This document shows positions 8,174 through 17,121 of a stretch of DNA of 64,000 bases, one piece after another. The notes beneath the pieces were generated by a model, which was not told the origin of the DNA, made no database searches, and worked only from the letters and a program-made list of their open reading frames with translations. Source of the DNA: Lysobacterales bacterium (GTDB lineage: Bacteria > Pseudomonadota > Gammaproteobacteria > Xanthomonadales > SZUA-5); the NCBI GenBank assembly GCA_022844165.1, contig JALHMH010000017.1, positions 1 through 64,000 on the forward strand, in the 5' to 3' direction. Position 1 is the stretch's first letter, and every line of letters starts with the position of its first letter. The position numbers and the translations under genes are program-made.

Positions 8174-9582
8174 GCGGCAGCCTCCAGGTCGCGGTGCTCC
8201 TCGACGAGTGGGTGGGCGCACACGTCAGGGCCAAGGCCGATCCATCCGTCTTCGCGCCAGTGGATGTCGAGGCCATCGCCGTGCAGTTGGATGCGCTCGA
8301 TCAGCAGCTGCAGGATGCGTTGCTGCTCGGCCGGGAACAGCTGCGCCCAGACGTCGCCGATGCGGCGCATGCCGATCACGACCTGCGCCTCATCCAGGCC
8401 GGCACCTTCGGGATGGCGCAAGCAGGCGCGCCACACGCCGATCAGCACTTCCGGCGCGGCGAGCGCGGCATGGACTTGCGCGAGCACCGCGTTTTCGAGA
8501 TCGGCGGCTGGCAGATGGCCGAGGTTCGGGGCATTGGCGTTGCGCTGCGTTCCCGCGGCATGGCGCTTGTGCATCTGCGGTACGTAGTACCGGTAGCAGC
8601 GCCCGTTCTTCTTGCGGGTGTACGAGTGAATCATGCGCTGGCCATCGGGCGCGAAAAGCAGTCCTGCGAGCAGCGCGGGGTTCTTCTGCAGGGCATCGCG
8701 CGGGCCTTGTTTGCGGCGCTCCATGAAGGCTTGCACGGCGTCCCACGCCTCGCGCGCGACGATGGCTTGATGCTGGCCGGGATAGGCGTGGCCGCGGTGG
8801 GTCAGTTCGCCGAGGTAGATGCGGTTGCGCAGCATCTTGAACAGGAACTTCTGGTCGATGGGGCTGCCTGCGCGTTGGCGCCCGGTCTGCGTCACCCATG
8901 CCTTGGTGGTCACGCCTTCCTCGGCAAGTTCACGCACGATCCGCGCCGCCGATCCATGTTCGCCATATCGGCGGAAGAGATCCCGCACCAGCGCAGCTTC
9001 AGGCGCGTTGACCACGAGCTTGCGCTCGACCACGTCGTAGCCGAGCGGCGGCACGCCACCCATCCACATGCCCTTGGCCTTGCTGGCGGCGATCTTGTCG
9101 CGGATGCGCTCGCCGGTGACCTCACGCTCGAACTGCGCGAAGGACAGCAGGATGTTGAGGGTTAACCGGCCCATCGACGTCGTGGTGTTGAACTGCTGCG
9201 TGACCGACACGAAGGACACGTTGTTGCGGTCGAACACATCGACGAGCCTGGCGAAATCCGCAAGCGAGCGGGTCAGTCGGTCGATCTTGTAGACGACCAC
9301 GATGTCGACTCGCTTGGCCTCGATGTCGGCGAGCAGGCGCCGCAGGCCCGGGCGCTCCATGTTGCCGCCCGAGAAGCCGCCATCGTCGTAGCCGTCGTCC
9401 AGTGCCATCCAGCCTTCGTGGCGCTGGCTGGCGACGAACGCCAGACCGGCATCGCGCTGCGCTTCGAGACTGTTGTACTCCTGGTCGAGCCCTTCGTCGC
9501 TGGATTTGCGGGTGTAGATCGCGCAGCGTTTCTTGGTGACGACCGGCGCCGGCGGCGCGTAGGCAGCGCGCTGCGGCTTCAT
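8170..9582 (-). CDS. Large serine recombinase (resolvase + recombinase domains)
   Basis: AIYTRKS catalytic Ser, DRLTRS, FAQFERE, GGVPPLGY, LRNRIYLG. Confidence 0.95.
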   Translation of the reverse strand: MKPQRAAYAPPAPVVTKKRCAIYTRKSSDEGLDQEYNSLEAQRDAGLAFVASQRHEGWMALDDGYDDGGFSGGNMERPGLRRLLADIEAKRVDIVVVYKIDRLTRSLADFARLVDVFDRNNVSFVSVTQQFNTTTSMGRLTLNILLSFAQFEREVTGERIRDKIAASKAKGMWMGGVPPLGYDVVERKLVVNAPEAALVRDLFRRYGEHGSAARIVRELAEEGVTTKAWVTQTGRQRAGSPIDQKFLFKMLRNRIYLGELTHRGHAYPGQHQAIVAREAWDAVQAFMERRKQGPRDALQKNPALLAGLLFAPDGQRMIHSYTRKKNGRCYRYYVPQMHKRHAAGTQRNANAPNLGHLPAADLENAVLAQVHAALAAPEVLIGVWRACLRHPEGAGLDEAQVVIGMRRIGDVWAQLFPAEQQRILQLLIERIQLHGDGLDIHWREDGWIGLGPDVCAHPLVEEHRDLEAAA

Positions 9583-10040
9583 GCGCGCTCCTTGCTGGTG
9601 AGACCGAAGAAGGCAGGACCGGACCAGCGCGTGCCGGCGATGTGGCAGGCGATGGCGGTCAGGCTGGAGTAGCGCCGACCGTCGTACTCAAAGTCGTTCG
9701 GCCCGCGGACCAGCACGCGGTGCTCGACGTCGTCGAACACGCGCGTCAGCATCGTTCCCGGCAGCAGTCGGTTGGCGTCGCGCCTCATCGCGCGCGGCAA
9801 TAGACCGGTCTGGCCGATTTCCTCCAGTTGCTTGCGCACCGAAGGCTTCAGGCCGCCGAAGGCGCGCTCCTGCATCCGGTAGGCTAGGCGCGATTCGAGC
9901 CAGACGCGCTGGTGGTGGCCAGGGCGCTCGTCGAAGTGGTCATCCCACAGCGCCCACAACTGCTCCATCGACAGGTGCGGCAATTGAGCGACGCGAGCGG
10001 TGACGGTCGCGACATCGGGGTGCTTGTCGAGCTTGGGCAT
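9579..10040 (-). CDS. DUF2924 domain protein
   Basis: LAYRMQE, PGTMLTR, YSSLTAIA..I.GTRWSGPAFFGL; overlaps recombinase start. Confidence 0.85.
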   Translation of the reverse strand: MPKLDKHPDVATVTARVAQLPHLSMEQLWALWDDHFDERPGHHQRVWLESRLAYRMQERAFGGLKPSVRKQLEEIGQTGLLPRAMRRDANRLLPGTMLTRVFDDVEHRVLVRGPNDFEYDGRRYSSLTAIACHIAGTRWSGPAFFGLTSKERA

Positions 10041-10240
10041 CAGCGAACTCCTTTCGGTTGAGAGGGGTTCGCATGAACACGCTGCTGGCCACCGAAGCCA
10101 AGGTCAACCGCGCTCTCGGCGGTTGTCGATGACGAAGCGCGTCGGCGCAGGCGCAAGAAGGCGGCGGCCAGTAGGTCTGTGATCTCTTGGTGCGGGTGGC
10201 GGGGCGCGTCGGAATCGGAGGAAAGTTCGTGATGCAGCAT
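10040..10240 (-). CDS. Small hypothetical protein upstream of DUF2924
   Basis: 66 aa, EITDLLAAAFLRLR; TGATG overlap with DUF2924 gene. Confidence 0.6.
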   Translation of the reverse strand: MLHHELSSDSDAPRHPHQEITDLLAAAFLRLRRRASSSTTAESAVDLGFGGQQRVHANPSQPKGVR

Positions 10241-10419
10241 GGTGGGCGCTCGGGTGGTGAACGCTGCTCATGCTAGGAACCGTGGGCACTTGGGGTAACG
10301 GGAATGCAAGGAAGTGCGCGGCTTGCGCTTGCACATTGGTGCAGTAGTCTGCTGCTATCGGTTGAACGTCCGGCCGGACGCAGGCGATCAACCACCCGGC
10401 AACGACTTGCGACGCCGTC

Positions 10420-12713
10420 GTGATGGGTTTTCAATTCAGCACTACATCGAACCATCCGCTTGGACGGAGCATGGAAATGATCGGGCGAGATACTCAGTTG
10501 AATGCAGCCGAACCGGCCCTGCATTCTCACGACATCTTGTCAGGTCTGGGCGCTGCTCCGCGCAGTTTGCTGGCAACCTTTTTGGCCCTGTTCGAGGACA
10601 GCACTCTGCAACAACGCCTGCGTGAGCGCGCAGAAGAGTTGAAGCAGAAGATGACGAGTTCACCGGACGTATCGCGAGATTCGCAGACCACCGTATCGAC
10701 CCTGCAGCAGCGAGTGTTTGACTGGACTCGTTCTACGGCATCCGATCAGCAGCTTCGGCTTATTCTCTGGATGCGGTTGCGAGAGGCACTTGGCCTGCAG
10801 CCAGTCACCTTTTGCGCTCTGCGTTCGACTCGAACCGTCGGTGACGATCTGGTTGCCGCGACGCTCGACTTTATTCAGCCGGGTGCGTTGGAAAAGACGA
10901 AGAACTGGTTTGGTTGGGGCAGTCAACGCGAGGTGCCCACGACGCTCGATGCCTTGGCACGCCAGACCATGCAGGAACTGGTAGAGAACGTGCTTGGCTC
11001 GACCGGCGACGGAGATCCACAGGTCCGCGAAGCTTTGATGCGCGGTGCAAAGGAGCAATTAGAACGGTTGGACCCTGACACCCGCGACCGACTACTGCGC
11101 GCCATCAATGCCCGCGAATTCAATGACGAGGCCATCCGCAGGTTCCTGTTAACCGGCGGTGGTCTGGCTGCTTTTGGCGGTGCTGTCAGCGCCGCTGGCT
11201 TCTCCGCCTACATCCTAGCGGCACAAGCCTCGGCGTTCATTCCCCTGATCAGTGGTCCGGCATTGGTGTCGTTCGTGGCGGTCTTGTCCAACCCGATCAC
11301 CATTGTTCTGGCAACGGCGGGCATGGGAGTGTGGGCGACGCGCAGCGCTAACCAGAAGATTCAGGCGGCCATCGCGATGCGCGTCATTGCCCTACTGGCC
11401 CTTAGCGGCATCTCCGCAGGCGAAGCTGGGTTGCGCACACTGACCCGGGCATTTCCTTCGCTGCGGGAGATGCGGCAGGCCGGCGCGCTGCCTGTGAAGG
11501 TTCTGACTGCCTATCAAGCCGACTGGAATTACATCGCACCTGCGCATCGCTCCTCCCGAACGCTTGATCCTGGATTGGTCATGGCCGTGGATCAGCCGCC
11601 CCCCGGCAAGTCGCTGCCGGATCGCTGGCAGCGCCTGCTGGGAAGCGAAGCAGCGCAAGACATGGCTGGCATGTCACTGCTGACCGTGGGCGAGCTGCTG
11701 TATCTGATACAGGCTCTGGATCCTGAGGTTCTCGAGGCCGCAGATTTTGCTCGGGTCGAGGACTTGAGCAATCCAGTGGCGTTCGCGGCATTCGCCCACC
11801 GAATCGATGGTGCTACCCAGTCCTGGCAAATTCCGAAGTGGCTGACCTTCTGGCCCAAGCGAAAGCCTCAGGCAACTCGCCGGAGTGGGCTGACCAAGTG
11901 CACTTCGTGGAGGGCTATAGCAGTGATGCCGTGCAGCAGGTCACGACAGAGACCCTGAGCGCTGGCGACGACATGTTGCATCCGCATTTGCCGGTGTTCG
12001 CAATCACGATTGCCGCTATCCGACAACTTTGGCGGTATCAGCAGGGACAGGTAACCGGTTCTCAGGCTATTCAGGACGTTTTGGTCACTGGCACGGTGGG
12101 TGCTGGTCTTGCGGTGGCGGGCAACTATGTCGGTGTCGGGATCGGCATGCTTGTCTTTGGGCCCGCAGGGGCTCTGGTGCTGGGCTCCGCATTGCCGGTC
12201 CTAAGTCGAACCCAGGTCTCGCGCACGAAGATTCTGGCGGAAAAGGCGGTACGCGGAGACCGGTATCGCGAGTGGGAAGCAAAGGCCCGTGAATCGCTCG
12301 CGGAGTTACTCAGAAAGCTTCGTGGCACGCTTGATGCCAAAGAGGCCTTAATCATGCATCGTGCATCTTCAATCGGATCTGGCGCTGCTTTCGAGTACGT
12401 ACGTTGGCGGCTGGAGGATGACCTGGGCTTTCTTCGCGAGTCCCGATTGCGTCTGGAGAAGATCTGCGACGACGAGCGATCTGCCATCGAAGATCTGGGA
12501 GAGCGTGCGCTCAAGTGGCTGACAACTTGCGCCTTGCACCCGGTGCAGTATCAGGACGAGCTTAGAAATTGGCTGGAGTTGGTGGCTCGGCGCCCAACTC
12601 TGAACGACAGCCTTTCCGAACAGGCTGGCAAGGCGGGTGATGCGGTTGTCGGACTTGGGCGTGCTGCTGCAGGCGTTCTAGGCGCCTTGTTTGGAAACGC
12701 AAGGTCTCGTTAG
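10420..12713 (+). pseudogene. Cargo gene for a large protein with hydrophobic/glycine-zipper helices, split into ORFs 10420..11958 and 11838..12713 by a frameshift near 11810
   Basis: ORFs overlap by 121 nt; first ORF degenerates after RIDGA while the second frame already reads YPVLANSEVADLL before its GTG; opposite strand to flanking phage genes. Confidence 0.6.
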
Positions 12714-12805
12714 CCGAGGAGCCTTGGTCCATTGCTATCGCAGACTTCCATCAGCATCCACCCCAAAAAAGGGAGGAACGGCTGCCCCGTCTGCCACGTA
12801 TCCGA

Positions 12806-13735
12806 TCAGCAATAGAATCGCTGGTCAGAAATTCCAAACTGGTCGCTGGCGTCGGGCACGTGCTCGTCCTTCCAGGACTCGTCCCAGTCCCGTGGCTCCG
12901 CACCTTCTAGTAGCAGCAGCGTGATCACCCGGTCCCGGTCGGTGTAGGAGTGCTTGAACTCCCGCAACTTCATGTGCGCGCCTTCCTCGGCGCACCAGAT
13001 CGCGGCGGAGCACTCCACGCCATCGAAGCATTGCAGCACGCTTGCGTCGGCGGCCAGAGTGCCAGCGAACGGCTCCTGCGCGGAATCCGACTGGCGGACT
13101 CGGGCGCGGGTCTTGAGCGCGTTTCGACTGGCCCGCTGGTACTTGAGGAAGCCCTGATCCCAGTGGATCAAGATCGCACGCTGGTCGGTGGCTTCGATGA
13201 AGCGCAAGCACAACGCTTCGAAGGAGACCTCAAAGGTGCGCGCGATGTCGCTCAAGAGGTGCAGCGTGACTTTGCGCTGATCGCCGAGCAAGCGCCGCAG
13301 CAGATCCATGGGCATGAGCAGGTTGCTGGCGAACTCGTTGGCCTCGCGTTCGATGTTGCGGCCATCGAACTGGCCTGAGGTGACGCCGCCGTTGTCGCAT
13401 TCGAAGCGGCTCTGCAGCGCGCGGTGCAAGATGAAGTGGCCCAACTCGTGCGCGATGGTGAACCGACTCCGTTCGGGCGTCGCGTGTTCCTTGTAGAAGA
13501 TGCCCCACTCAGTCGGATCTTCCGGATTGCGCACCAAGGAGCCCTCGAAGCTGCTGATGTCGAGCGGCCTTGGCGCCTTGATCTCACGGACGCCCTTGCC
13601 ATACGGCGTTTCCGGAAGCATTTGGCGAAGCACATCCAGATCGGTGGCTTCGGGCATGGTCGCGCCATGCCATAGGCGCAACCACTTCAACGCCGTGCTG
13701 GCCGCGATGGAGGGAGTGAGAGTTGCGTCGGTCAC
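12806..13735 (-). CDS. ImmA/IrrE-family (DUF955) zinc metallopeptidase
   Basis: RFTIAHELGH, EREANEFASNLLMP, FEVSFEA; GTGA overlap with XRE stop. Confidence 0.92.
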   Translation of the reverse strand: MTDATLTPSIAASTALKWLRLWHGATMPEATDLDVLRQMLPETPYGKGVREIKAPRPLDISSFEGSLVRNPEDPTEWGIFYKEHATPERSRFTIAHELGHFILHRALQSRFECDNGGVTSGQFDGRNIEREANEFASNLLMPMDLLRRLLGDQRKVTLHLLSDIARTFEVSFEALCLRFIEATDQRAILIHWDQGFLKYQRASRNALKTRARVRQSDSAQEPFAGTLAADASVLQCFDGVECSAAIWCAEEGAHMKLREFKHSYTDRDRVITLLLLEGAEPRDWDESWKDEHVPDASDQFGISDQRFYC

Positions 13736-14079
13736 GACTTGGCGTCGGCCTCGCCGCGCCCTGGGAACATGAGCTTCAACGCCTGGCGGTAGCGCTCCTT
13801 CTCCTCGTCGGTCATGCCAGCGTATTCGCGAAAGAACGCGACGTCCTCGGGCTTGGCTTCGTGAACTGGGCGAGGTGTTTCCTCCATCAGGTCCTCGACC
13901 GTGACGCCGAAGGTCTTCGCGAGCAGGAGTACGCGCTCGGCCGACGGCCGTTGGCCGTCCTTCATCTCCAGTTCCCAGATGTAACCGCGGGTGCAACCGA
14001 CGGCGTCGGCCACCTGCTGCAAGGTCATGCCTTTGGCTTCGCGTAGGCGCCGAAGCCGGGTTCCGAGTGTGGTTGCCAT
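13732..14079 (-). CDS. XRE-family HTH repressor
   Basis: GTRLRRLREAKGMTLQQVADAVGCTRGYIWELE. Confidence 0.92.
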   Translation of the reverse strand: MATTLGTRLRRLREAKGMTLQQVADAVGCTRGYIWELEMKDGQRPSAERVLLLAKTFGVTVEDLMEETPRPVHEAKPEDVAFFREYAGMTDEEKERYRQALKLMFPGRGEADAKS

Positions 14080-14167
14080 CGGTCTGCTTCTACTGGACAG
14101 GCGTCTCAAGACGTGAGCCGGAAGTATAGCCACGAGATACATCAGCGGGGTGAGGCGCTCTCGATAA

Positions 14168-14196
14168 TTGACAAGCGGAAGTCCGGGTACTAGCCT
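14168..14196 (+). promoter_or_regulatory. Sigma70-type promoter for the rightward two-gene operon
   Basis: TTGACA 14168-14173, 17-nt spacer, TAGCCT 14191-14196; a leftward TATACT lies at 14123-14128. Confidence 0.6.
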
Positions 14197-14317
14197 TTCG
14201 CTGTATTTCGCTACACGACAAACGCAGGGAGCATTGCCTTCAAACACTGACACCCGTTGTGCCTGATCTCGTGCTGTCCAGCTCCCGACTGCCAGTCCTT
14301 TGAAGGAACTCCCCGCA

Positions 14318-15544
14318 ATGAAGAAAACGTTTGTCGATGTGCTGCTCGAACTCCCGGTCGACGCCACGCTCCATCAGCTCCTGACTGAGCACGCGCTGCC
14401 TGTGCCGCTGGGCTTCGCCTGGGACGACACCCCCGAAACCTCGCGTGCGCTGCTCGACTGCGTCCGCCAGTGGTCCGATATCGATGCCAAGGATCGCCTG
14501 GTCGGTGAACTGAATGCGTGCCTGCCTTTGGCAGACGGGCCGGGGCAGCAGGCTATCTTCCAGGCGGCCGCCAGCGGCGGCAGCGCCCTCATCGGGCTCG
14601 CGAGCTGCAAGAGCGACCTGCATCGCGCCTTCTGGCTCTACCGGCACCATCCCGATCTGTTCCGCCGTGCGCTGGATGCCGACTTCATCGAGCGTCGTGG
14701 CAGTCAGGTCCAGCAACATGCGCTGGGCATCAAGCGCCATCCGAACATGACCCAGCACGCGCTCGCGGCCTTCGGTCAGGCCATCGCGAAGTTCTACCAG
14801 CGCACGCTGAGCTGCGGCGACGGCGTCGAGACCACCATCTTCCAGCGCAGCCCCGGCGTGTTCCTGCTCACCACGCACGTCAAGGGCCTGGCGATGCTGC
14901 ACCTCGAGTTCCAGGGCACGTCACTGACGCGCCGCGTCGGCAACCCGAGCATCCACGGGATGTTGGAGTACTCCGAGAAGACCGGCGTGGTGCGCACGCT
15001 GATCAAGGGTGGCGCCGCTTACCACCAGATGCTGGCCGGCGAGTTCGCCACCCACCTGCTCGGCCAGGTCGTCGATGCCAAGCGCATCAAGCCGGAAAAG
15101 CTCGACCTCACGCAATTCCGCGCCGGCGTCGATTTCCCGCAGGCGGTCAAGGACGGGTTTGTTGCCGTGCAGCTGAAGCAGATCACGGTGCTGAGTCCGA
15201 CCGGCAAGCTGAAGGTCGAAGCGACGGCGACCGCGATGGCTCAGCACCAGTCGGTGACCGAGTTGATGCAGGAAGAGATGTCGGCGCCGCTGGAAGGCGG
15301 CTGGACGGTGACCGCGGTGCAGATCAACCTCTACTACCCGGGCGAGGCCGGGCGCAGGAACCGCGTAGTCACGGCGGAGTTGACCAGCATGGGTCGGCTG
15401 CGGCTGCCAATGCGCGATCCGGTGATGAAGGCCAACGTCGAGCGCTACCTCGTCGAAAAGGGAATCCTGGCGCGCGGCCAGACGCTGGATGCGGACGACT
15501 TCCCGCAGGTCGACGAGCAGCCGCACTCGATGGTCGAGGGCTGA
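14318..15544 (+). CDS. Hypothetical protein (408 aa)
   Basis: Long ORF with GC3-biased codons; AAGGA upstream of ATG 14318. Confidence 0.8.
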   Translation: MKKTFVDVLLELPVDATLHQLLTEHALPVPLGFAWDDTPETSRALLDCVRQWSDIDAKDRLVGELNACLPLADGPGQQAIFQAAASGGSALIGLASCKSDLHRAFWLYRHHPDLFRRALDADFIERRGSQVQQHALGIKRHPNMTQHALAAFGQAIAKFYQRTLSCGDGVETTIFQRSPGVFLLTTHVKGLAMLHLEFQGTSLTRRVGNPSIHGMLEYSEKTGVVRTLIKGGAAYHQMLAGEFATHLLGQVVDAKRIKPEKLDLTQFRAGVDFPQAVKDGFVAVQLKQITVLSPTGKLKVEATATAMAQHQSVTELMQEEMSAPLEGGWTVTAVQINLYYPGEAGRRNRVVTAELTSMGRLRLPMRDPVMKANVERYLVEKGILARGQTLDADDFPQVDEQPHSMVEG

Positions 15545-15547
15545 CCG

Positions 15548-16468
15548 TTGTCGGCGCATGCGGAGTGGGCGCTGGTGTGCCGTTTGTTCTCGACCGGCAC
15601 GCCGGTGATGAAGATGCGCTTGTCGGCGGGCGAGGTCGCTGTCTTGCCTGCGCTGGCGAAGGCGGTGAAGCCGACGTCGCACAACGTGAGCATCGTGCCG
15701 TGCCCCTACTGCGGGATGAATGGCGGCGAGGTGCGGCGCAGTCGAGACGGCAATCTGGAATGCTGCTGCGCGGAGTGCGGCGCCGTTCCGGTGGATGCCG
15801 ATGATCTGGCAGCGCTCATGCTCGACGAGAACTGGCTACACCGAAGGCTTCGGGCAGCGCTGAATATTGAGTCGGATGGCGGGTCGGCGGCGCTTGCCTT
15901 GGGTGCGTGGATGCTTGGGCATGCCGGGAAGACACCGGTAGTTCTGACGCGCGACATCCGACGTTTGTGGCGAGAGCCCGGGCTGCTTGATCGCGTGCGT
16001 GCCGCCAACAGTCTGGTGCATGTGATCGCGCCGGCGCATCAGATTGCCGCCGGTGTGCCAACGGATGCGGGCGTGGAGTGGCTGGCGCTGGAGGAAAGGT
16101 TCCGCCTGCACGGCGAAGCAATCTCGTTCCTGGGCGCTCGTGGAACGGTCACCACGACACGGCGCAGGAACGATCCGGCGGCGCCCGTGCATGGGCCGTT
16201 TTCGGCGGACTTCCGGCTCGTGTACCTGGAGGGCGACGACGGCGCGCCGATTCGGTGCACGAAGGCGCAGGCGGATGTGTTCCGCGCGCTCTGGGAGTTC
16301 GAGGGCAAGGACCGCTCGGCGGAGGACGTGATGTCGCGCGCCGGACGCAAGAGCGCGAAGCCCATCGACGTGTTCAAGGCGCATCCCGAACCCAAGCGCG
16401 CGTACGAGGCCTTGGTCGTCACCAACCAGAAGGAAGGCTTGTACCGCATGCCGTGCGCCGTCCGGTGA
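15548..16468 (+). CDS. Hypothetical protein with zinc ribbon and probable C-terminal winged HTH
   Basis: CPYC...CAEC; C-terminal TKAQADVFRALW...SAEDVMSRAG; 3 nt after upstream stop, TTG start. Confidence 0.75.
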   Translation: MSAHAEWALVCRLFSTGTPVMKMRLSAGEVAVLPALAKAVKPTSHNVSIVPCPYCGMNGGEVRRSRDGNLECCCAECGAVPVDADDLAALMLDENWLHRRLRAALNIESDGGSAALALGAWMLGHAGKTPVVLTRDIRRLWREPGLLDRVRAANSLVHVIAPAHQIAAGVPTDAGVEWLALEERFRLHGEAISFLGARGTVTTTRRRNDPAAPVHGPFSADFRLVYLEGDDGAPIRCTKAQADVFRALWEFEGKDRSAEDVMSRAGRKSAKPIDVFKAHPEPKRAYEALVVTNQKEGLYRMPCAVR

Positions 16469-16719
16469 CTGCCGACCCTCGGTTCTCACAACCCGATTGC
16501 TGCTCCAATCTTCGATTCCGACCGCTCTCCGAGACACCCGCGTAACCTCGCGCCACGACAAGGGTTCTGCCGGTGCCAACCGCAGCCGGTTGGTGAGGGC
16601 AAGTGGAGAAGAGAGAGGAAAAGGGAGGCGAACCAGGCCACATTCTGGCGGTGTTCCTGGCACGCGCGGCACCGGCAAAACCGCGCGAAATCCCGCAACG
16701 ACACGCGATTCCGGACAAC

Positions 16720-16748
16720 AAAAAACCGGCCTTGAGAGCCGGTTTTTG
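16720..16748. terminator. Bidirectional intrinsic terminator between element and tRNA
   Basis: AAAAACCGGC-cttgaga-GCCGGTTTTT. Confidence 0.85.
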
Positions 16749-16757
16749 TCTACGTAT

Positions 16758-16833
<76 letters not shown>

Positions 16834-17121
16834 ACACAGCCGTCGAACTATAAACGGCGGATTGGCGAATGGCTATATCTGGGCGGCCGACTGCCCGGAT
16901 GACGACGTCGGTGCGAACGGCCACGACTTCTGCATTGACAGCGACAAAGGTCGAGCTTCAGGGGAAGCGACCACCGTTTGCGTTTCCGATCCGTCGCGAC
17001 CCGAACTGTGCGTTCTCTGGTAAGGAAATTAACAAGCCTAATGGCATATCTTCATATCATTCGGGTTCAGACCGGGCTAACATCGGCGCGTCGTTGCCTC
17101 ATCACATTTCGGGAGAATGCT

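Larger units (their letters stand above)
1..16720. mobile_element. Prophage-like integrative element (right part; continues beyond window start), ending at tRNA-Ala(CGC)
   Basis: Co-oriented phage replication/recombination genes with ATGA overlaps, large serine recombinase, BRO, XRE/ImmA pair; looks more GC-rich than DNA after 17 kb; ends at tRNA 3' terminator. Confidence 0.85.

Noticed and set aside
11790-11840. Programmed ribosomal frameshift in the cargo gene
   Set aside because: No slippery heptamer or homopolymer at the junction; deletion or assembly error is more likely.
12806-14079. CBASS locus, because the pair resembles CapH/CapP
   Set aside because: No CD-NTase, Cap2/3 or recognisable effector nearby.
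16840-17121. ARG box or riboswitch controlling the TonB receptor beside argR
   Set aside because: No TGCAT...ATGCA-type box or recognisable riboswitch seen.
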